DNA of 64,000 nucleotides from Opitutales bacterium (GTDB lineage Bacteria > Verrucomicrobiota > Verrucomicrobiia > Opitutales > UBA2987), in assembly GCA_021772535.1 (NCBI GenBank), contig JAJFLV010000234.1, positions 8,483-72,482 on the forward strand, read 5' to 3'. A program made the position numbers and the translations under genes. How positions within the stretch are numbered: the stretch's first letter is position 1; each line of letters opens with the position of its first letter. Under the pieces are notes generated by a model that ran no database searches, was not told where the DNA came from, and worked only from the letters and a program-made list of their open reading frames with translations. Positions 45,217-54,584 of the stretch are shown in pieces.

Positions 45217-48048
45217 ATGGCCGAAAATTATAAAGATACCCTTAATTTACCGAAGACGGGATTTCCCATGAGAGGAAACCTGGCCAAGCGCGAACCAGCC
45301 AGGCTTTCACATTGGGAAAAGTTGAAGCTGTACGAAAAGATACAGGAAAAGAATGCCAACGGAAAATCCTATGTCCTGCACGACGGCCCGCCCTTCACCA
45401 ATGGAGACGTTCACATCGGCACGGCCCTGAACAAGATACTCAAGGACACCATTTTGCGATTTAAAGCCATGACCGGCTGGCGCACTCCCTATGTGCCGGG
45501 ATGGGACTGCCATGGACTGCCAATCGAACACAAGGTAAGCCAGCAAATGCAAAAAAGCGGGACCTTCCGCACCCCGGCGGAAATCCGGCAGGCTTGTATG
45601 GAATTTTCCAACCATTTCATCGAAGTGCAGCGCAGACAGTTTCAGAGGCTCGGCGTGATGGGTTATTGGGAGCGCGAATACAAGACCATGAATCCCGCTT
45701 ATGAAGCCGAGATTTTGCGGACCTTGGCGGCTTTCCTGAAGAAAGGGATGGTTTATCGAAGCAAAAAACCGGTTTATTGGTCCATTCCCTGCAAAACTGC
45801 ACTGGCAGAGGCGGAAATTGAATACAAAGACCACACCAGCCCATCCATCTGGGTGAAATTTCAAGTCGCCGAAAAAGACGGCCTACCCTTCGAAGGCCCG
45901 ATTTCAGTGGTCATCTGGACCACCACTCCCTGGACTCTGCCGGCTAACCTGGCCATTGCGGTACATCCGGGACTTATTTATGTCGAGGTGGGACACGAAG
46001 GCCGCAAATACCTGGTGGCGGAGGCCCTGGCGGGACAATTTGTCAAGGACTGCGGCCTGAATGGAGCCACCATGGGCAAAATGCATAAAGGGGAAGACCT
46101 GGAGGGGGTCGAAACCCGGCACCCATTTATCGATCGTGCCAGCCCGATCGTCCTGGCTGATTACGTGACCACAGATTCGGGCACGGGATGCGTCCACACA
46201 GCTCCCGGACACGGACTGGAGGACTATCTGACCGGGATTCAAAACAAGCTGGAAATTTACTGTCCTTTGGATGATGAAGGACAATTCATGGATGATGGAA
46301 GAATACCATCCGAACTGGTCGGATTGTCCGTTTTGGAAACCCGCGGCCATTGCCCAGCGAATGAGGGTGTTTTGACAATGCTGCACCATCATGGGGCTCT
46401 ATTGAAAAAGGATGAGATCGAACACCAGTATCCGCATTGCTGGCGGTCGAAAACACCGGTGGTTTTTCGAGCCATGGACCAGTGGTTTGTCTCTCTGGAC
46501 AAAGATGGCATGCGAGAGCAAACCTTGGCAGAGATTGAAAATGTCGATTGGATTCCCCAATGGGGTGAGAACCGCATTCGAGGCGCAGTGGAATCCCGCC
46601 CGGACTGGTGCATCAGCCGGCAGCGTTCCTGGGGCGTGCCTATTCCAGCCTTTTATGACGATGAGGGCGTATCCTACCTCGACGCCGGAGTGACGCTCTC
46701 CATGGCGGAGAAAATTGAACGCCATGGAACCAATTACTGGTTCGAAAACAACACCTCCGAATTATTGGAGGGAATCGAGCTTCCTGAGTCCTGGAAAGGA
46801 AAAAACTTACAACCAGGCAAGGATACTCTGGATGTGTGGATCGATTCCGGATCAAGCCATCTGGCGGTCCTCAAAACGGAGAAAGACCTTCACTGGCCAG
46901 CCGACCTTTATTTGGAAGGGAGCGACCAACACCGCGGTTGGTTTCAATCCTCCTTATGGACTGGAATGGTGGTGGCAGGGCACGCCCCCTACAAACAAAT
47001 CATCACTCATGGCTTTATCGTCAGCCAGGATGGAAACAAGATCAGCAAAAGTGAGGAGGAGGGCAAAAAGAACTCCGGTAAAAGAAAGCCCAACACCTCG
47101 GATTTCTTCGTCAGCCGCTACGGGGCCGATATTCTCAGGTTATGGGTCAGCTCTCAGGATTATCGCAACGACATTCCTGTTTCCGATGAAATATTCAGCC
47201 ATGTCGCGCAGGCTTACCGTTCCATTCGGAATACTTTGCGGTTTCAGATCTCAAATTTGTTTGACTTCAACACGGAAGAAATGGCCGTCTCCTATGAAAA
47301 TCTGACCTCCTTGGACAAGTGGGCGCTGCACAAAACGGCTCAATTCCTGGCAGAAGTGACCGATTCCTACGAAAAACATGAGTTTCAGCGAGTTTATCAG
47401 TCGGTCAACCGGTTTGTAGCGGTAACCCTTTCGGCAACTTACCACGACATTTTGAAGGACAGGCTTTATACATTGGGAACAGATTCGGATAAAAGGCGCT
47501 CAGCGCAAACGGCCATTCACCAGATTTTCGGCGTCCTCAATCGGGTTTTGGCGCCCATCCTGATTTTTACCACGGATGAAGCCCAAGCCTTTGCCCAAAT
47601 GAACGAGGAGTTTTCAGAAGATTCCATCCATCAGCAATCCTGGCCAAAGGTTCCCGCCGAATGGCTCGATAATGGGGAGGCGCTGGCCCTGGAAGAATTG
47701 TTAAGCGCTCGCGGGGAAGTAAACAATCGGTTGGAGACTCTGAGGAAAGATAAAATAATCGGCCAATCACTGGAGGCGCAAATTGTCATCACCGGCCGCG
47801 AGGATGAACGCCTCTTTCAGAACCTTGTCAGTCACCAGGAGGATCTAACGGAACTTTTTATCGTATCGGAAGTCACTTTGAAATCAACTCGCGAACACCC
47901 GGAGCAGATTGAGGTTGAAGCCGTTAAATGTGAAGGCGATCGCTGCCCTCGGTGCTGGCGCTGGGTTCGTGAAATTTCAGATGCGGAAAAAGAAAACGAA
48001 AAGGCCATTTGTTCACGCTGTCAAACGGCCATTGCAGACATTCAATAA
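45217..48048 (+). CDS. ileS: Isoleucine--tRNA ligase (type 1, with C-terminal Zn-finger)
   Basis: 943 aa. HIGH motif (PFTNGDVHIGTALNK), KMSKS variant (KISKS), and C-terminal CEGDRCPRCW...CSRCQ. Confidence 0.95.
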   Translation: MAENYKDTLNLPKTGFPMRGNLAKREPARLSHWEKLKLYEKIQEKNANGKSYVLHDGPPFTNGDVHIGTALNKILKDTILRFKAMTGWRTPYVPGWDCHGLPIEHKVSQQMQKSGTFRTPAEIRQACMEFSNHFIEVQRRQFQRLGVMGYWEREYKTMNPAYEAEILRTLAAFLKKGMVYRSKKPVYWSIPCKTALAEAEIEYKDHTSPSIWVKFQVAEKDGLPFEGPISVVIWTTTPWTLPANLAIAVHPGLIYVEVGHEGRKYLVAEALAGQFVKDCGLNGATMGKMHKGEDLEGVETRHPFIDRASPIVLADYVTTDSGTGCVHTAPGHGLEDYLTGIQNKLEIYCPLDDEGQFMDDGRIPSELVGLSVLETRGHCPANEGVLTMLHHHGALLKKDEIEHQYPHCWRSKTPVVFRAMDQWFVSLDKDGMREQTLAEIENVDWIPQWGENRIRGAVESRPDWCISRQRSWGVPIPAFYDDEGVSYLDAGVTLSMAEKIERHGTNYWFENNTSELLEGIELPESWKGKNLQPGKDTLDVWIDSGSSHLAVLKTEKDLHWPADLYLEGSDQHRGWFQSSLWTGMVVAGHAPYKQIITHGFIVSQDGNKISKSEEEGKKNSGKRKPNTSDFFVSRYGADILRLWVSSQDYRNDIPVSDEIFSHVAQAYRSIRNTLRFQISNLFDFNTEEMAVSYENLTSLDKWALHKTAQFLAEVTDSYEKHEFQRVYQSVNRFVAVTLSATYHDILKDRLYTLGTDSDKRRSAQTAIHQIFGVLNRVLAPILIFTTDEAQAFAQMNEEFSEDSIHQQSWPKVPAEWLDNGEALALEELLSARGEVNNRLETLRKDKIIGQSLEAQIVITGREDERLFQNLVSHQEDLTELFIVSEVTLKSTREHPEQIEVEAVKCEGDRCPRCWRWVREISDAEKENEKAICSRCQTAIADIQ

Positions 48049-48070
48049 TTAAGGCCAGAAAAAGAAAATT

Positions 48071-49153
48071 ATGACCGGCAGGAAAAAAACAACAAAATCT
48101 TCAGCCAAAGCAAATTCTGCAAAGAATCTAGCGGTAAAGAAAACTTCCATGACCTCCAAGGGGAAACCTGTTAATAGCGCCGCCAAAAAGGCCGTGAAGA
48201 AAACTGTAACCGCGCCCAAAAAGGTCGCCCCCAAGGCAACGGCATCTCCTTCCAAAGTTTCCCCGCGTAGAAAAACAAAAGCGGTTAAAAAACCTACTAA
48301 GGCGGATGAGGAAAAATCAAGGATGGCCGAGGAGACCATGAAAATGTTGGCGCGGGCGAAAAAACATACCCCCGCGGTATTTAAGCTGCCATCGAAAAAA
48401 CAGACGCCCATAGTCTTTTCCCTCGAAGATGTGCGAGAAGTGTTGAAAAAAAACCAGGAGGAAAGTAGTTTGGTAGAGGAGCCGGTTTCTCAAACCAAGG
48501 TTATACCTGCATCGCCTAAACCCAAACCGCTAACGAAACCGCCAACGAAACCGCCAACGAAACCGCTAACGAAACCGCTAGCGAAACCGCCAAGGAAAGC
48601 CGAAAAGCATCGCGTACTGGGGGCTGCTTCGGTGGTCGATATTCTAGGTTTCAATCCCAAGAAACACCAATCGCCGATAGATAGGGAAGCAAAGAATGTC
48701 CCCAAGAAATTTCTTACCTATTATAATAAACTACAGGATTTGCGCGAACATGTGCTATCGGGATTGACCTTGCACTCGCAAGAAACACTCAAACGTTCCT
48801 TGAAAGAAGACTCGGGAAATTTATCCAGCTACAGCCAACATATGGCCGATGTCGGTTCTGAAAGTTTCGAACGCGACTTTGCCCTCAATTTGCTTTCCAG
48901 CGAACAGGAAGCTCTCTTCGAGATCGATGCCGCCATAAAACGGATTTTCGACGGTTCTTATGGAGTTTGCCAATTTACCGGAAAGCCCATCAGCAAAGAA
49001 AGGTTGGAGGCCGTCCCCTTTACACGCTACTCGCTGGAAGGTCAGGCGCAGAAAGAGAGTGAGTCGCGAAGGAAAGCTCCGCGTCGCGGGGTATTCATGG
49101 ATTCCAGTGTCGAGGCAGCTGTTGAATTTACCAAAGAGGACGCTGAAGACTGA
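48071..49153 (+). CDS. DksA/TraR-family protein with a long Lys/Ala/Pro-rich (histone-H1-like) N-terminal extension and a degenerate zinc finger
   Basis: 360 aa. The C-terminus EALFEIDAAIKRIFDGSYGVCQFTGKPISKERLEAVPFTRYSLEGQ matches the DksA/TraR pattern, but only one of the four Cys residues is retained. The N-terminal ~180 aa are lysine-rich, with KP[PL]TKP repeats. Its position between ileS and lspA fits. Confidence 0.7.
   Translation: MTGRKKTTKSSAKANSAKNLAVKKTSMTSKGKPVNSAAKKAVKKTVTAPKKVAPKATASPSKVSPRRKTKAVKKPTKADEEKSRMAEETMKMLARAKKHTPAVFKLPSKKQTPIVFSLEDVREVLKKNQEESSLVEEPVSQTKVIPASPKPKPLTKPPTKPPTKPLTKPLAKPPRKAEKHRVLGAASVVDILGFNPKKHQSPIDREAKNVPKKFLTYYNKLQDLREHVLSGLTLHSQETLKRSLKEDSGNLSSYSQHMADVGSESFERDFALNLLSSEQEALFEIDAAIKRIFDGSYGVCQFTGKPISKERLEAVPFTRYSLEGQAQKESESRRKAPRRGVFMDSSVEAAVEFTKEDAED
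48524..48595 (+). repeat. Six tandem 12-nt coding repeats (aaaccgcYaRSg), encoding KPLT KPPT KPPT KPLT KPLA KPPR
   Basis: Read directly: aaaccgctaacg aaaccgccaacg aaaccgccaacg aaaccgctaacg aaaccgctagcg aaaccgccaagg. Confidence 0.95.
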
Positions 49154-49760
49154 TACCACAGATTCCACCTCCAACTCGAGGTGGCGAAAAATTGCCCGTT
49201 ATTGGCTTTTATGGGCGGCTGCGATCATCATATTGATTCTTGATCAAGGCACAAAGTACTGGGTGCAGCAACACCCGGACCTGACTCTGGAAAGCTATTG
49301 GCCCCACGGGGGCATAGAAGTTATTCCGGGATTCTTTTATCTGGCCCATGTTGTCAATGAGGGAGCTGCATGGGGGATTTTCCGTGGTTTCCGTTATGGA
49401 TTTATTGTCCTGGCAGTGGCAGCCCTGGCCGCGATTTATTTTTTCCGGCATAGTTTGCTGCTGAAGAAAAAGCCCAGTCAGTTTGCCTTTGGTCTTCTGT
49501 GCGGGGGCATCCTGGGAAACCTTTGCGACCGGTTGAGATTGGGATGGGTAGTGGATTTTCTCGATTTTCATCTTCCCGGCTATCGCTGGCCCGCCTTCAA
49601 CATTGCCGACAGCGCAATAACCTTAGGCGTTATCTTTTACATCATCCTAAGCCTATTCTTTTACATAGAGCCCAAGGAGGAGGAAAGGGAAGGAGAAAGA
49701 AATAATCCACCCCCACCGCCAGAGGAAGATGCAAAACCCGAAACTGATTCAGATTCCTAA
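49107..49760 (+). CDS. lspA: Lipoprotein signal peptidase II with a Pro/Glu-rich C-terminal tail (start uncertain: GTG 49107 or TTG 49122)
   Basis: Track ORF 48960..49760. The part after the dksA-like stop reads WRKIARYWLLWAAAIIILILDQGTKYWV...NEGAAWGIF...VDFLDF...WPAFNIADSAITLGV, which are LspA motifs. No in-frame ATG lies near the first TM helix. Confidence 0.8.
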   Translation: MSRQLLNLPKRTLKTDTTDSTSNSRWRKIARYWLLWAAAIIILILDQGTKYWVQQHPDLTLESYWPHGGIEVIPGFFYLAHVVNEGAAWGIFRGFRYGFIVLAVAALAAIYFFRHSLLLKKKPSQFAFGLLCGGILGNLCDRLRLGWVVDFLDFHLPGYRWPAFNIADSAITLGVIFYIILSLFFYIEPKEEEREGERNNPPPPPEEDAKPETDSDS

Positions 49761-49853
49761 CGAATAGAGACCGAATAGACGCACCTTCCCTCAATAAAAA
49801 GAAGGAGCAAAGCCGTTAACAAGCCGACAAAAAATCAAGTGATATCAAAAAGA

Positions 49854-51545
49854 TTAACCTGACTTCTTTTTATTTCGATCCAGCACATTGTGTACCTTGG
49901 TGCTCAGGTCCTCCAAAAGGAACGGCTTGGCAATGAAATCCACATTTTTTTCTATGACACCGCGGCTGGCGATTACATCGGTTGCGTAGCCGGACATAAA
50001 CAGGACCTTAACGTCCGAATAAAGCGTTTGCAGGCGATCAGCCAATTCGCGACCGTTCATTTCGGGCATTACCACGTCGCTGATTAAGAGTTTTATCTCA
50101 CCTGCATGGCGTTCGGCCAAAGTTATAGCCTGATTTGGAGAAGTGGTCTCCAGAACGAAATAGCCCAAACTCTCAAGCATTTCTTTTGTCAGTTTGAGAA
50201 GATCGATTTCATCCTCAACCAACAACACGGTTTCATCATGCCTTTACTGCAATTCTTTGGTTGTATCTCCTGCCTTTATCTCATCCGCTTCCCCCATGTG
50301 GCGAGGGATGTAAATTTCAAAGGTCGTTCCTTTGCCAAGCTCACTATCAATATTAATGAAGCCATTGTTCTGCTTTATAATACCATAGACAGTGGACAGT
50401 CCCAGGCCAGTCCCCTGATACATGGGTTTAGTGGTAAAGAAAGGTTCAAAAATCTTGACCATGGTTGCATTGTCCATACCGCAACCATCATCTCCGACGG
50501 ATAAAAGAACATACTCCCCAGACAGGAATTCCTCCTGATCCGTCGAGATTGGATTATCAAGAGTCATATTTTTTGTTTCTATGACTATCTTGCCAATACC
50601 CGCAAAGGCATCCTTGGCGTTAATACACAAATTGACCAATATCTGATCAAGCTGGGTGGTATCAAAATTGATTGTCCAAAGATCCGGATCAGACTTCAGG
50701 ACTAATTCAACTTCCTCTCCGATCAGACGACAGAGCATCTTGATCATCCCATCTATGGAATCATTCAAGTTCAGTAACTTAGGAGCAATGGTCTGCTTCC
50801 TGGCGTAGGCCAGGAGTTGCCGGGTAACCCCTTTTGCGCTAGCCGCGGCCTGATGGATGAATTTCAAGCGCTTGTGCAGTTTATCCGATGGGTCGGTTTC
50901 GCTCAGACTCAAATCTGCTTGTCCGAGAATCACGGTCAACAAATTGTTGAAATCATGGGAGACGCCTCCCGCCAATTATCCCACTGCTTCCATCTTATGC
51001 GACTGGATCAGCAGGTCCTGCAGTTTTTTCTGCTCGGCCTCCGCCGTTTTGCGCTCTGTGATGTACTCCACAAAAACCACAAATCCATCCTGAACATCCT
51101 TTGAAACGTGATAGGGAACCATCCGTCCATGGAGATGATGGAATTCGCCATTCTTGTCAGGGATACTTTCCTCATATTCGACCATCGTGCCATGCATGGC
51201 CTTACCAATTCGATCCTTCAAACTGTCGTAGACAGTCTTACCAAGAACTTCCCATATATACCGCCCAATTACTTCTTTCGGTTTGATCCCAAAAAATGCT
51301 GAATATTTAGAATTAATAGCCTGGTATCTGCCAAAGGAGTCGATCCAGGCAATAAGCAGGGGATTCGAGTCAAAAAGTAAACGATATTTGGTCTCACTTT
51401 CCTGTAGAGCTTCTTGGGCAATGTAGAGTTCTTCCAGGTTTCGTTTCTGTTCGTGCAAGTCTCCTTCCAACTCAGCCACCCGTTGTTGCACACTGTAAAT
51501 GCGGCGGTGCAGTTGTGATTCCTTGTATGATTCCTCCATGTTCAT
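49854..51545 (-). pseudogene. PAS / HisKA-HATPase / receiver hybrid histidine kinase paralog, interrupted by two in-frame TAA codons (track shows three ORFs: 50976-51545, 50244-50975, 49854-50228)
   Basis: It is colinear with the intact copy at 51919-53601 with no frameshift. TAA at 50978-50976 replaces the CAA of ..AVGQLAGG.., and TAA at 50246-50244 replaces the CAA of ..ESQQGNNE... All catalytic motifs are retained (HDFNNLL, DDGCGMD, GTGLGLS, DVVMPEMNG). Confidence 0.65.
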
Positions 51546-51918
51546 TCCCCTAAAACTTCAACATCCGATTTATTTTATATGGGTACCTGATAAACCCAAA
51601 AATGAAGGACATTGATCTTATTACGGGTATTTGCAAGAAAGTTTAGCCATCTTTATCCTACATTTGGAACGTTAGGTGTTTTTGAAAAGGAATACGCGCA
51701 ATGACAACAACAGGCCCGTAAAGGTTAATGGCAAATCAATGCCAATAGCATTGCCAAAGACACCCACTCGGCCGCTTCAAATACAAGGGGTTTTCGACAA
51801 GCACGAAGTCGGAAATATTCTTCACTACAGGCGAATGCCGGATTGTGTGGAACCGGTGGCTGGCTTCTTCAGCCAACCGGGGAGACCCGATTAGCAAAAT
51901 TTCGCTAATTAGCTTTCC

Positions 51919-53601
51919 TCATTGGCATTTGAGCGCTTCGCGCACCTTGGTGGACAGATCCTCCAGAAAAAATGGCTTGGCAATGAAATTCATGTTTTTT
52001 TCTACGACACCGCGGTGGGCAATCACGTCGGCTGTGTAGCCGGACATAAACAGGATCTCAATGTCTGAGTTAAGCGTTTGCAGTCGATCAGCCAATTCGC
52101 GCCCGTTCATTTCGGGCATTACCACGTCGGTGATTAACAGATTTATCTTAGCCGCATGGCGTTCGGCCAAAGACAGAGCCTGGGTTGGAGAGGCTGCCTC
52201 CAGAACGATATAGCCCAAACTCTCAAGCATTTCTTTTGTCAGTTTGAGAAGATCGATTTCATCCTCAACCAACAACACGATTTCATTATTTCCTTGCTGG
52301 GATTCTTTGGCTACATCTCCAACATTAATCTCATCCACTCCACTCATGTGGCGCGGAAAATAGACCTCAAAGGTTGTTCCTTTTCCAATCTCGCTATGAA
52401 CATTGATGAAGCCCTTGTTCTGCTTGATAATACCATAGACGGAGGACAACCCCATTCCTGTACCTTGATGCAAAGGCTTTGTGGTAAAAAAGGGGTCGAA
52501 AATCTTGGCGATGGTCGCATCGTCCATACCGCAACCATCATCTCTGACGGATAAAAGAACATACTCTCCTGGGACGAACTCTTCCTGCTCCATCAAAGGT
52601 GGGTAATCAAGAATCATGTTTTTTGTTTCTATGACTATCTTGCCCACACCCTCGATGGCATCTTTGGCGTTAACACACAAATTGACCAACACTTGATCAA
52701 TCTGAGAGGGATCAATATTAAGCGCCCAAAGATTCGAACCGGGCTGCAGGACTAATTCAATATCCTCACCGATCAGACGCCAGAGCATCTTGAACATCCC
52801 ATCGACGGATTCATTCAAGTTCAGAACCTTGGGAGCAACGGTCTGCTTCCTGGCAAAGGCCATGAGCTGCCGGGTTACCCCCTTTGCACTTTCCGCGGCC
52901 TTAAGGATATATTGCAGCCGGTCAAGAAGTTTATCCATTGGGTCTTCCCTCATCAAGCCCAATTCTGCGTGTCCGAGAATCACACTCAACAAATTGTTGA
53001 AATCATGGGCAACGCCTCCCGCCAATTGTCCCACTGCCTCCATCTTATGGGATTGGATCAGTTGTTTCTGGAGATTTTCCTGTTCGGCCTCCGCCTTTTT
53101 GCGCTCGGTGATGTCCTCCACAAAAACAACAAAACCATCCTGAACATCCTTTGAAGGGTGATAGGGAACCAACCGCCCATGGAGATAATGGATTTGGCCC
53201 TTCTTGTCAGGAATGTTTTCCTCATATTCGACCATCATGCCCTGCATGGCCTGACTAATTCGGTCTTTCAAATGGCCGTAGATCGTCTTACCAAGGATTT
53301 CCCATATATACTTCCCAAGGACTTCCTCCAGTTCGATCCCAAAAAACATTGAATATTTAGAATTTATAGCCTGGTACCTCTCGAAGGAGTCTACCCAAGC
53401 AATAAGCAACAGATTCGCATCAAAGAGTAAACGGTATTTGGCCTCGCTTTCCCGTAGTGCTTCCTGGGCACTTAACAGTTCTTCTGCATTTCGTTCATGT
53501 TCATGCAAAGCTCCTTCCAACTCAGCCACCCGTTGCTGCAAACAATCATTCCCGCGGGGAAGTTCTGAATCTTTATCTGGTTCCTGCATACGCGTTCCCA
53601 T
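51919..53601 (-). CDS. Hybrid sensor histidine kinase (coiled-coil + PAS + HisKA + HATPase_c + receiver)
   Basis: 560 aa. PAS region (YRLLFDANLLLIAWVD...), H-box (GGVAHDFNNLL), N/G boxes (NLCVNAKDA, DDGCGMD, GTGMGLS) and a C-terminal REC domain (LLVEDE...DVVMPEMNG...KPF). Confidence 0.9.
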   Translation of the reverse strand: MGTRMQEPDKDSELPRGNDCLQQRVAELEGALHEHERNAEELLSAQEALRESEAKYRLLFDANLLLIAWVDSFERYQAINSKYSMFFGIELEEVLGKYIWEILGKTIYGHLKDRISQAMQGMMVEYEENIPDKKGQIHYLHGRLVPYHPSKDVQDGFVVFVEDITERKKAEAEQENLQKQLIQSHKMEAVGQLAGGVAHDFNNLLSVILGHAELGLMREDPMDKLLDRLQYILKAAESAKGVTRQLMAFARKQTVAPKVLNLNESVDGMFKMLWRLIGEDIELVLQPGSNLWALNIDPSQIDQVLVNLCVNAKDAIEGVGKIVIETKNMILDYPPLMEQEEFVPGEYVLLSVRDDGCGMDDATIAKIFDPFFTTKPLHQGTGMGLSSVYGIIKQNKGFINVHSEIGKGTTFEVYFPRHMSGVDEINVGDVAKESQQGNNEIVLLVEDEIDLLKLTKEMLESLGYIVLEAASPTQALSLAERHAAKINLLITDVVMPEMNGRELADRLQTLNSDIEILFMSGYTADVIAHRGVVEKNMNFIAKPFFLEDLSTKVREALKCQ

Positions 53602-53901
53602 GTAAGTTCAACATCCGGTTAACTCCATCTAGGCGGCCAGTACGCCTAATGATCAGGAACATTAGACTTAATAACGTTATTTGCAAGAATTATTTGTAAT
53701 TCATTAACTGACAAAGGGATCGCAATTTGCTTAATGAAAAATTGCGTTGCCGGGAGCGAGGACGACCAGGGGTTTACTGAATAAATAGCCCATAACACCA
53801 TGAAGGGGGTTAAAGCGGTCACGGGGACCTACTTTTAGCGGGACTTATTGGCGTATTTTAGGAATATTTTTATTTTTCATCAAACGGAGCCAACCTATCC
53901 T

Positions 53902-53930
53902 TTGACGGTTTTGTGGCGATGTGGTAATAT
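53902..53930 (+). promoter_or_regulatory. Putative sigma-70-type promoter of the pyrR-pyrB-pyrC operon
   Basis: TTGACG (53902-53907), a 17-nt spacer, then TAATAT (53925-53930), about 115 nt upstream of the likely pyrR ATG. Confidence 0.35.
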
Positions 53931-54047
53931 GGCGTTTAATGTGTGGACGGGAAAGAAAATTTGAGGGTATTTCTAACTGTGAAAAAAAAAATTGAAAAAC
54001 ATATTGCGCCAAGGGGAAAAATCTCCCAATTATTTGCCGCCGAATTG

Positions 54048-54584
54048 ATGAAGGAAGTTAAGCGGATTGAGGGTGTGGAACTGCAAAGGGCCGTAGAAAG
54101 CCTTGTTCAAGCTATCTCCAACCGCCACGGGGAGACAGAAAAGCTGGTCATTGCGAGCATTGCTGACGGGGGAATCGCGCTCGGCAGTAAAATCGCCCAC
54201 CTGCTTTCCGAACGCCTGGGCCGCACCATCTCCCACGGCACGGTGAATGTGGCTTTCCACCGGGACGATATCGGGCGTAAGCCGATACCAAAACCGACTC
54301 ACCGCACGGAATTGCCCTTCGATGTGGAATCGGCAACAGTAATCCTGGTGGATGATGTGCTCTTTACGGGCCGCACAGTGAGGGCGGCGTTGAATGAGAT
54401 TTTCGACTTGGGCCGCCCGGCCCTTGTGGAACTGGCCATCTTGTGCGACCGCGGCAATCGGCGCCTGCCCATTCAGCCCGACTATACTGGATTTACAGAG
54501 GAAACTACCCCCGAACAGAAAGTAGTTCTTGCCATGGATGCGGGAGCAGAGGCGGATAATAATTTAACGATATACGGCGCATGA
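54048..54584 (+). CDS. pyrR: Bifunctional pyr operon regulator / uracil phosphoribosyltransferase PyrR
   Basis: The track ORF starts at GTG 53943. Alignment from memory to B. subtilis PyrR favours ATG 54048 (MKEVKRIEGVELQRAVESL...). PRPP motif VILVDDVLFTGRTVRAAL, then DRGNRRLPIQPDYTG. An ATGA overlap links it to pyrB. Confidence 0.85.
   Translation: MKEVKRIEGVELQRAVESLVQAISNRHGETEKLVIASIADGGIALGSKIAHLLSERLGRTISHGTVNVAFHRDDIGRKPIPKPTHRTELPFDVESATVILVDDVLFTGRTVRAALNEIFDLGRPALVELAILCDRGNRRLPIQPDYTGFTEETTPEQKVVLAMDAGAEADNNLTIYGA

Larger units (their letters stand above)
49854..53710 (-). repeat. Tandem duplication of a ~2.05-kb unit (hybrid HK gene plus ~110 bp of upstream sequence)
   Basis: The copies at 49854-~51650 and 51919-~53710 have about 70-80% protein identity by eye. 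They include a 69-nt identical tract (50161-50229 and 52211-52279) and similar upstream strings (acattgatcttattacgggtatttgcaagaaa versus acattagacttaataacgttatttgcaagaat). Confidence 0.85.

Noticed and set aside
48049-48411. A 120-aa minus-strand ORF antisense to the start of the DksA-like gene.
   Set aside because: It is the mirror image of the Lys/Ala-rich coding repeats, so AAG/AAA/GCC codons read as Phe/Leu/Gly on the other strand. It has no start context or motif, and the sense frame continues into a recognisable DksA/TraR domain.
48524-48595. Short tandem direct repeats as a possible CRISPR or minisatellite array.
   Set aside because: The units are 12 nt with no spacers, and they are in frame inside a coding region (KP[PL]T repeats). 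There are no cas genes and no 25-40-nt repeat/spacer periodicity anywhere in the window.
49854-51545. The idea that TAA is read as Gln (stop-codon reassignment) in the interrupted kinase.
   Set aside because: TAA terminates several well-supported genes in this same window at the expected protein ends. Examples are the secretin at 16125-16123, pyrB at 55541-55543, ileS at 48046-48048 and the pilO-like gene at 18725-18723. A genome-wide reassignment is therefore not tenable. Local read-through remains only a minor possibility.
53602-54047. A PyrR-binding anti-antiterminator or attenuator upstream of pyrR.
   Set aside because: I looked for the purine-rich ..UCCAGAGAGG..-type binding loop and a terminator in the leader. 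I found only a weak 4-bp GGGA/TCCC hairpin, which is not enough evidence to call.
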